DNA of 64,000 nucleotides from IMG/VR virus record IMGVR_UViG_3300037423_001503; one strand, given 5' to 3'. Below the pieces are notes generated by a model. That model was not told the origin of the DNA. It made no database searches and saw only the letters and a list, made by a program, of their open reading frames with translations. Positions 40,243 to 46,917 of the stretch are shown here, piece after piece. Position numbers and translations under genes: made by a program. This stretch comes from a virus. Each line of letters starts with the position of its first letter. Position 1 is the stretch's first letter.

Positions 40243-40653
40243 TTAGCCCACGATGAGCTTGCCGATCTGTTCGAGGCTCGTGACCTGCGTGTAGTTCATC
40301 AGCCCCGGCGTGCGCGACGCCTCCATCACGATGTCCTCCGAGTTGCCGTAGGCGTAGCGTACGCGAAACTCGATACCGTCGATGACGAACACGGCCTGGC
40401 GCTTGAGCTTGTTGCCGCCCATGGGCTCATGCCGAAACTTGATGTCGTTGACCTCCGCCGCCGACATGCCTAGCTGCGACTGGAGAAACGTCAGTGCGAA
40501 GTCAACGAGTTCTACGTCCTGACGCTCAAGCTCGCTCTGCTGCAACGTGACCTGTTCCTCGCGCGCGGCGATTGCTCGATCTCGAAGCGAGCGCTTCGCT
40601 CCAATGATCTGGTCGGGCGTGATGTTGGAGAAGTCGAATTCGTCAACGCTCAC
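40243..40653 (-). CDS. Hypothetical protein
   Basis: GAGGA SD then GTG at 40653. Confidence 0.55.
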   Translation of the reverse strand: MSVDEFDFSNITPDQIIGAKRSLRDRAIAAREEQVTLQQSELERQDVELVDFALTFLQSQLGMSAAEVNDIKFRHEPMGGNKLKRQAVFVIDGIEFRVRYAYGNSEDIVMEASRTPGLMNYTQVTSLEQIGKLIVG

Positions 40654-40933
40654 GATGAAGTCCTCGTAGGTCGAAGATCGCAGATTGTGCGATCGTCTGC
40701 TCAGAAAGTCCGATATGCGCGTACTCGCGGTACCCAGCGTCAGCGCAGTTCCAGCAGCGAGGCCCCAACAGAGTCTTCGGGTAGAGCTTACCCCAGAAGA
40801 TGAAATCTGCCGGCGCTGAACAGAAGCGCTTGTTGTATTCAAAGGTTGTCTCCTTTTCGGCGCGACATGTCTCACGCAATGGGACGTACACGACAGCCTT
40901 GGCCGTCACCGCATCGGGAGCAAAACTAGCCAA
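40643..40933 (-). CDS. Hypothetical Cys-containing protein
   Basis: Coupled ORF; FWGKL...GPRCWNC. Confidence 0.5.
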   Translation of the reverse strand: MASFAPDAVTAKAVVYVPLRETCRAEKETTFEYNKRFCSAPADFIFWGKLYPKTLLGPRCWNCADAGYREYAHIGLSEQTIAQSAIFDLRGLHRER

Positions 40934-41225
40934 GTCGAACCCTCTCCTTCCGGCGCCCACACGAACACTTACCAGGGCTTTCCGTGAGCGAGCCCCAACA
41001 ATCCTCGCCTGCTTCGTCGCTGTCCCAGTCAGGGCAGCGAAAGCCATCAACGGGAACCCAGTGCTGGTTCAGGATGTCGAGCATGCGCTTATAGAGGATC
41101 TCCACGACGTTGTGGTCGACGTCATCGTAGTCGATGTCAAGATGTAGATCGCCAGGTCCAGAGATCGCGAAGCTCTTACCGAAATAGCCGCGTCCCGGCA
41201 CATCGAGCAGCTTGAACGCCGCCAT
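40926..41225 (-). CDS. Hypothetical protein
   Basis: TGATG coupling; IDYDDVDH. Confidence 0.55.
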   Translation of the reverse strand: MAAFKLLDVPGRGYFGKSFAISGPGDLHLDIDYDDVDHNVVEILYKRMLDILNQHWVPVDGFRCPDWDSDEAGEDCWGSLTESPGKCSCGRRKERVRLG

Positions 41226-41406
41226 CAGTTGTCCTGTGAGCGTTCGGTCGGGTAGGCGCGCTCGATGATCTCGTGAATCGTGTGGTCGACCTTCGTGTCG
41301 TAGTTGTCGAACAGCCGCTTCGACCGAGGCACCGTATCGTTCTGGTGCTTGATCTCAGCGACCGCCTTACGCACTGTGTCTCCGTCTGGCGTGAAGTTGA
41401 TCTTCA

Positions 41407-42135
41407 TCAGAATCCCATCCTGATTCGATAGACAAGGTGGTTGATTTTACCCATGTCGGGTTCATCGGGAAGCTTGGAGTAGGCGGCTGCGTTGTCGAGA
41501 GTGATCAACATGGCCTCGGCGATGGACTCGACCTTATCGAGATCCTTCTCGGCAACGCCCTTGAGCCACTCAACCTGAAGCGGCTGTAGACGCACCAAGA
41601 CCTCGCCGTGCTTGAGGGCGTGGACGCCGGCCATGAGCAGTCGTAGCGTGTGAAGCTTGAACTTGGTGCGCTTGTGGTGACTCGCGCCGCGAGAACCACC
41701 AGTTCCCTCACGCGCCTTACGAAGCTGCGAAACCGCGTAGCCGCCGTAGGTGTGAACGATGCGCTTCGAGAGGAAGAGCCCGCGGCTATTGATGAGTTGG
41801 CCGCCGGCCGAGTAGGCGTCAATCATCTGGTCATCGGACCACAGCATCTCTAGCGCTGTTGGGTTCGCCTTAGCGGCAAGGCGAGCGAAGTGCGCTAGCT
41901 CGTAGACGACGACGTCTGCGTCTTCGGCGATCGAGTTGAGTTCGAGCGCGTCCTTAGCGCCGCCCAGGGAGAGAACCCTGCGAAGCCCAGCCACGTAGAC
42001 GCCTCGAAAATCGTGATCCGAGTCAGGGTTGTCGGTGCCGTAGGCACGGCTGCCGGTGCGCGAGACGAGCACGAGTTCGCCGTCTGCGGCCTCTGCGTGC
42101 GGCTCGATGAGATCAAAGAAGTCCTCAGTGGTCAT
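41407..42135 (-). CDS. Pol-beta superfamily nucleotidyltransferase (RlaP/YcgL-like)
   Basis: GSRAYGTDNPDSDHDFRGVY...YELAHFARLAAKANPTALEMLWS...YGGYA. Confidence 0.85.
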   Translation of the reverse strand: MTTEDFFDLIEPHAEAADGELVLVSRTGSRAYGTDNPDSDHDFRGVYVAGLRRVLSLGGAKDALELNSIAEDADVVVYELAHFARLAAKANPTALEMLWSDDQMIDAYSAGGQLINSRGLFLSKRIVHTYGGYAVSQLRKAREGTGGSRGASHHKRTKFKLHTLRLLMAGVHALKHGEVLVRLQPLQVEWLKGVAEKDLDKVESIAEAMLITLDNAAAYSKLPDEPDMGKINHLVYRIRMGF

Positions 42136-42781
42136 AGTTCCTTGTAGGTCGTTGGCTGATCAAGCCAGCGTTGATGATCTTCGAGCGCGAGCATACGATC
42201 GCGTAGATTCTGCTCAGCCTCGCCGCGCGTGTAGCCCCAGCCGTAGTAGAGATCGGTTGGCTCGCGTCGCCAGAAGAACAGACCCTTGGTCTCCAGCCAG
42301 GCGTTGTAGCCATGTCCCGTCGCGGGCTCGATGGTGATCCTCTGCATCAGTACTTCCAAAGATCACAGCGGCCCGTCACGAACGTCGCGGCGAACCAGGC
42401 GATGACGTCGCGGCGCTGGCTTACGCGGCTGTAGATCCTGTTCGGCGAGATGCCGCCGAACGGGTACGGCTCGATCTGGTAACGCTCGCCGTCGATGTCT
42501 TCGAAGTAGCGCGAATATTCGTCGAGGCCGTAGCGATTGGGGTTGAAACGCGCTAGCGTTGATCGCAGTCTACGCATCGAATACGAAGCTCGACTCGGTG
42601 ATGATGTCAACTACGACGTCGGCGAGTTGACCTTCGAGGCCCAGGTAGACCTCGTTGCGGAAGGTTTGCGATCCGAAGCTCTGCTCGTCCATAGCCTGCC
42701 CGATCATCTGTGCCGCGCCATAGGCGGCGTCGCGGATGATGTTGTGGAGGCTGTTGGGGATTTCGACTGGCGGCGTCATTA

Positions 42782-43072
42782 TCAGAATCCCATTTCGTCT
42801 AGTGATGGTCTCGGATCCGAGAGCGAGACGATCTCGTCGCCGCTACAGCCCCAGGGTTCGGCGCAGGGCACGTGATGTGGGCATGAGCGAGCAACGCGCT
42901 TCTTGCCTTGTGCCTTGAGCAGCTTGGCCCGCATAGGAGTTTTGCGCGGCTCCATGAAGAGATCGAAGTCGCGCTTACAGTCTGGGCAGAAGTCGCGCTC
43001 GTCTACCTCGTACGATTCGCCTTTGATCTCACGACCGCAACGGTCACACTCAGTGACGTGACGAGTTGCCAT
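42782..43072 (-). CDS. Zn-finger hypothetical protein
   Basis: CDRC...DFCPDC; ATG just after the rtcB stop. Confidence 0.55.
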   Translation of the reverse strand: MATRHVTECDRCGREIKGESYEVDERDFCPDCKRDFDLFMEPRKTPMRAKLLKAQGKKRVARSCPHHVPCAEPWGCSGDEIVSLSDPRPSLDEMGF

Positions 43073-43073
43073 G

Positions 43074-44423
43074 TCAGTCCTTGTACTTGTCGACAACGCC
43101 GCTACCGGCCATGGCGACGCCAATCGGGCGGAGCGAGTGCTTGACTTCGACGTAGTCGGCGTGGGCGGCCAGCACTTCAGGCAATCGCTTGTAGGCCTCG
43201 GGAGCCTCGTCAGCGTCGCCGCCGCGAAGTTCGATGCCCTGTCGGCGCAGGCGCTTCTGGACAGCCTTCCAGTCGACTCGGCCCTCGCGCTCCTGAACCC
43301 ACGTCTTGGACACGTCACCATGCATACACTCGGGGCAGATCGTGAACGACGGCTCGCCGCGTCCCTGTGTGTGCCCGCAGTTGTTACACGTGACGCGCTT
43401 GCGCTGTCGACCCTTGGCCTCTGTGCGCGACATCACACGTCCCGCGCCATGCGGGGCCGACCAGATGGCCTCCTGGCCGGCGGCCCAAGCGAGCAGCCTC
43501 TTACCGGTCGTTACGAGTCCACCATCGCCGAAGCCCTCGATGATGACCGCATTCTCGCCCATCGAGCCGCCAACGAAGCCCTGCTGTCCCGGGTAGAGTG
43601 GCGTCGAGCCCTTGCGGACCACCCAACAATCCACACCATTCACGTTTTCCAACCACGAGAAGTTGTGGTGGTTGTGAACTTCGTGCACAACGGCCGGCGA
43701 TCCCAGGATCTCCAGGACCTTGTCGACCACGACGTCGCGGCCCGCGTACGCGTAGTCGCCTGCGAGGTTCATGGCCTCGATGTAGGTGTAGCCGAGCGGA
43801 GAATCCTTGTGCAGCAGCACGGGCGGCGAGTGCATCTCACCGCCGTCGGCGTGGTCGGCGAACTCCTTGCCTTGTGCGAGCGCGAGGAAGCCGGAAGCGA
43901 TCTTGTGGCCGAAGCCACGCGAGCCGAAGTGGACGCCGATCCAGATGCGATCGGTGCCTTCTTCGGCGAAGAGATCGACGTAGTGGTTGCCGGAGCCGAC
44001 GGTGCCTAGCTGAGCCCGAGCGGTGCCGATGAGATCTCGAACGCCACGCATCGGAGCTTCACGATTGATGCGATCGAAGATCTCGTGGTCGACGGGCTCG
44101 TTGTTCGGACGCCCCATGCCGAAGCTGATGCGGCGCGAGATCTCGTCCATGATCTTCGGTAGATCGGCGCGGATATCGCCGAGGAAGAGGTTTGTCGAGA
44201 CGGCCTTGTTGCCGCAGCCAATGTCGTAGCCCACAGAGGACGGCGAGACGTAGTCCTCATAGGCGATGACACCTCCGATGGGAGCAGAGTAGCCGAGGTG
44301 GTGATCTGCGCAGAGAACGCCAGCGACGGCGTCACCCGCGACCATGCAGGTCTCCATCTGGCGAACCGCGCCCTCATCGGGAGACATCCCATCGGGCGTG
44401 AAGATGGTTAGATTGTCAGACAT
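43074..44423 (-). CDS. rtcB: RtcB RNA ligase with a Zn-ribbon insert
   Basis: DHHLGY, VGYDIGCG, GSGNHY, HFGSRG, NHHN, RKG, HGAGR, DEAPEAYK. Confidence 0.95.
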   Translation of the reverse strand: MSDNLTIFTPDGMSPDEGAVRQMETCMVAGDAVAGVLCADHHLGYSAPIGGVIAYEDYVSPSSVGYDIGCGNKAVSTNLFLGDIRADLPKIMDEISRRISFGMGRPNNEPVDHEIFDRINREAPMRGVRDLIGTARAQLGTVGSGNHYVDLFAEEGTDRIWIGVHFGSRGFGHKIASGFLALAQGKEFADHADGGEMHSPPVLLHKDSPLGYTYIEAMNLAGDYAYAGRDVVVDKVLEILGSPAVVHEVHNHHNFSWLENVNGVDCWVVRKGSTPLYPGQQGFVGGSMGENAVIIEGFGDGGLVTTGKRLLAWAAGQEAIWSAPHGAGRVMSRTEAKGRQRKRVTCNNCGHTQGRGEPSFTICPECMHGDVSKTWVQEREGRVDWKAVQKRLRRQGIELRGGDADEAPEAYKRLPEVLAAHADYVEVKHSLRPIGVAMAGSGVVDKYKD

Positions 44424-44460
44424 CGTGGCCTCCGAGTTGCGTTTCGAGGTTGATGAAGCT

Positions 44461-44633
44461 GTGCCGGTTCAGGGAGAACTCGTTGTGCGCCCGTACGCTC
44501 TTCCCCGCATTACCGCGCCTACGACCAGCGTAACGATGCCTTGGCCAGGCAGGATGCGCGTTGTGGGAGTGGCTCGTGTCCCACGGCCTCCGCGGCGGCC
44601 ATTGTGGGCTCGACGAGTTCTCTGCACCGCCAC
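44461..44633 (-). ncRNA. Candidate ~170-nt structured RNA upstream of rtcB
   Basis: Long closing helix incl. GAGAACTCGT/ACGAGTTCTC enclosing several hairpins; no convincing ORF. Confidence 0.5.
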
Positions 44634-44676
44634 TATCCGACTCGTGATCAGCGAGTCAGCCAAACTTTGAAGATTG

Positions 44677-44801
44677 TTCCGTCGGAGGGGATCGAACCCT
44701 CTACCCTAGCAGCCGCTAGCAGGCTGATCGTCGGGTTATCGGCCCACTACTCGACACCCGGGTTCGCGACCCGCAGACGCCTTTCGCTTCCGATCGACGG
44801 C
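44677..44801 (-). ncRNA. Candidate ~125-nt tRNA-like RNA (acceptor stem + T-arm, expanded interior)
   Basis: (G)CCGTCG...CGACGG(A)ACAA ends; T-arm GAGGG-TTCGATC-CCCTC; predicted TSS coincides with the 5' end. Confidence 0.6.
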
Positions 44802-44807
44802 CTGAGA

Positions 44808-44837
44808 AGCTTAGCAGCTACTCGTCGTCTTCGTCAA
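44808..44837 (-). promoter_or_regulatory. SigA-type promoter for the tRNA-like RNA / rtcB unit
   Basis: TTGACG-N18-TAAGCT with TG extension; +1 at about 44801. Confidence 0.65.
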
Positions 44838-45192
44838 CCGGAAGCGAGGCGATGCGCTCAACATAGCGTTCCTGCTCGGCGATGAGGCCGTCTCGGAACC
44901 CGACCAAGGCGTCGATCATCGTGTTGACCTTGTAGAGGTCGTTGGCGCGTGCGTCAGCGTCGGCAATATCGAAGTCGAACGAGACGCTGCGCGTGCAGTC
45001 GGCGATCTGGAGCACCATGTGTGGTCGGGCGTTCCAGCGTTCGAGCTTCTCGTCCTCGGCGTTCTTGCCGGCCTTCCAGCGAGAGGTGTCTTCGATTTCG
45101 GCGACGATCGCGCCTGTCGAGTGGTGGCCGGGCAGGTTGAGCATTGCGCGCCCGCCGTGGTAGCGGCGGCGCTGTCGTGGGCGTCGAGCCAT
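44818..45192 (-). CDS. Hypothetical protein
   Basis: Extended -10 TGcTACTCT-N6-ATG; LQIADCTRSV motif. Confidence 0.65.
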   Translation of the reverse strand: MARRPRQRRRYHGGRAMLNLPGHHSTGAIVAEIEDTSRWKAGKNAEDEKLERWNARPHMVLQIADCTRSVSFDFDIADADARANDLYKVNTMIDALVGFRDGLIAEQERYVERIASLPVDEDDE

Positions 45193-45217
45193 CGACGAAG
45201 AGTAGCAGAACGACAAA

Positions 45218-45236
45218 GGCCGCCTCGTGGGCGGCC
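45218..45236 (-). terminator. Terminator ending the lysis operon
   Basis: GGCCGCC-cacga-GGCGGCC-TTTGT. Confidence 0.6.
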
Positions 45237-45349
45237 GATGCCGAGATTTGGGATCACCTCCAGCTAGGAACGACCACGGCGGCGTCGGTCTTCCGTCACT
45301 GGCATCACCTCCTCCCGAAGGCGTCCGGGCGCTGCCCGGCGTGGGTGGC

Positions 45350-45616
45350 CTAGGACTCTACGTGAGGTACGCCCTTCTTGGCGATACCTCGGGAGAGCAC
45401 GTACGCCACCACGGCGGCGATGGATGAGACGTCGCCATACTTCGAGGGGAGGTGGAGAACCTGAAGCTGGGACGCGATGACCCAGGCAACGGTAAGCCAG
45501 AACTCAGTTGTGCGGTAGCCGGCCTTGGCCTCCTTGAACACCTGAGGTGCCTCGGCGATAACCTGCTCGATGGCTGAGACGTCTGGGGTGTCTGGTGTTG
45601 CTGCTGAATCAGGCAT
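45350..45616 (-). CDS. Holin
   Basis: GYRTTEFWL motif, two TM segments, YVLSRG.AK; follows the lysin genes. Confidence 0.7.
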   Translation of the reverse strand: MPDSAATPDTPDVSAIEQVIAEAPQVFKEAKAGYRTTEFWLTVAWVIASQLQVLHLPSKYGDVSSIAAVVAYVLSRGIAKKGVPHVES

Positions 45617-45665
45617 AACTGCTCCTAGGTGAAATGACTAGAACTTGATTCTATCGAACCAAGTG

Positions 45666-46154
45666 CTAGATTCGGCCGCTGTTGAGGTACTTGGTTGCCG
45701 CGGCGTAGCCCTGAACGATGACCAGGCGCTCGGCGCGACGACGTCGCGTCAGGCCTGCTAGCGGATGACCGCCGGCCTTGTCCCAGGCCAGGATCGCCGT
45801 CGCAGCCATGCCCCAATGGCCGCCGCGGAGAAGCTTGCCGACGCTGGTCGACGAACTCAGCGCGCCCGGACCGACGTTGTAGACGAAGCTCGTGAATCCA
45901 TCGATCTGCCGCTGTGTTAGGTGTGGATTCGCAGCCAGCACTGCCGGTAGGTAGTCACGATTGAGTCGAGCGCGAAGCTGACGAAGCGCTTGGACTCTAC
46001 TGACAGGCTTCGTGTGCGGGCCGACGTTCTTGGTCTCGCCGAAGCCGATCGTCCACACTCCAACCGAGTCCTGGTAAGGACGAGCGGAGAATCCCTCAAA
46101 GTGCGAAACCAGTAGGACGCCTCTCCACGAGACGCGAGGACGGCGCTTGATCAC
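45666..46154 (-). CDS. Endolysin, GH24 lysozyme
   Basis: FEG...YQDSVGVWTIGFGET, SFVYNVG, GLTRRRRAE. Confidence 0.92.
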   Translation of the reverse strand: MIKRRPRVSWRGVLLVSHFEGFSARPYQDSVGVWTIGFGETKNVGPHTKPVSRVQALRQLRARLNRDYLPAVLAANPHLTQRQIDGFTSFVYNVGPGALSSSTSVGKLLRGGHWGMAATAILAWDKAGGHPLAGLTRRRRAERLVIVQGYAAATKYLNSGRI

Positions 46155-46684
46155 TTGAACCTCCGGAGGTAGGCGCGCGTCAAGGCGACGCGTGTTCGTG
46201 TTAGATGCTTGCCGTCGGCGCGCGGCTGGCGGTGAAATCCCCAGTGGTGGTATTCGACGACCGAGTCGTAGGGGAAGTAGATCTCTAGGCCATAATGCTG
46301 CGCGGCGCGACGTAGTTGCTGGCGCGTGATGTCGTTGTTGACACCCGAGTCAACCCCAACCTCCCACTCTTCGAGGTGCCGCCCCACGGGTCCCCGCTTG
46401 GCGACGCCATCCGAGCGTAGCTCGTGCATCGAACGACCTGCCGGATTCGGTGTGCCGGTGATGCCCCACTCGGCTCGCTGCGCGGGGGACGCGTTCTCCA
46501 TCTCGCGCTGCGTGTGCTTGCCGTGGCGGTGAAGGATCGGCCGAGCGGCGGGGTCGTCGCCGCGGTAGATACTCGAAGCTGACTGTCCGGCGCGCCTCAA
46601 GATGAGGTAGATGTAGGGGGCGACATCGTACGGCGCTGGGCAGCCGTCGATGACGAGCCACTTCGGTCGGCGTAGTCGCCTCAT
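46151..46684 (-). CDS. Putative M15/LAS-type cell-wall peptidase
   Basis: SIYR...NPAGRSMHE...GVD...EYHH; start at ATG 46684. Confidence 0.55.
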   Translation of the reverse strand: MRRLRRPKWLVIDGCPAPYDVAPYIYLILRRAGQSASSIYRGDDPAARPILHRHGKHTQREMENASPAQRAEWGITGTPNPAGRSMHELRSDGVAKRGPVGRHLEEWEVGVDSGVNNDITRQQLRRAAQHYGLEIYFPYDSVVEYHHWGFHRQPRADGKHLTRTRVALTRAYLRRFK

Positions 46685-46917
46685 GAGGAAACAGTCTCCG
46701 CGTTCGCTGTGTTGCTGATCGTGGTCGTGTAGATCGGTCCGCCCCGGTATCCGGGATACTGCCACGGGTTAGCAGGGATCGAAGGCTGGATTGGGTAAAC
46801 AGGTCGCGGATAAGCGTTGCCGCAGTGCAGACAAGCCCCGCATACGGGGCAATGCGACGGCGGCAGGGTGCTCATCCAGACGAAAGAGTGCGAACACATA
46901 TAAGTGCTAGTTTACCA

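Noticed and set aside
43071-44009. 312-aa + strand ORF
   Set aside because: Antisense shadow of rtcB
44677-44801. Call as a canonical tRNA or amber suppressor
   Set aside because: About 125 nt long, lacks U8 and U33, has a 1:72 mismatch, two competing anticodon-like hairpins and no encoded CCA; reported only as tRNA-like
44424-44817. tmRNA, SRP RNA or RNase P RNA
   Set aside because: No G3:U70 alanine acceptor or tag ORF, no SRP domain IV motif and no RNase P P4 consensus were seen
45648-45670. Late promoter in front of the holin (TCTAGCA-N10-TAGAAT)
   Set aside because: Spacing fits but the core is TAGC rather than TGNC; left out of the motif count
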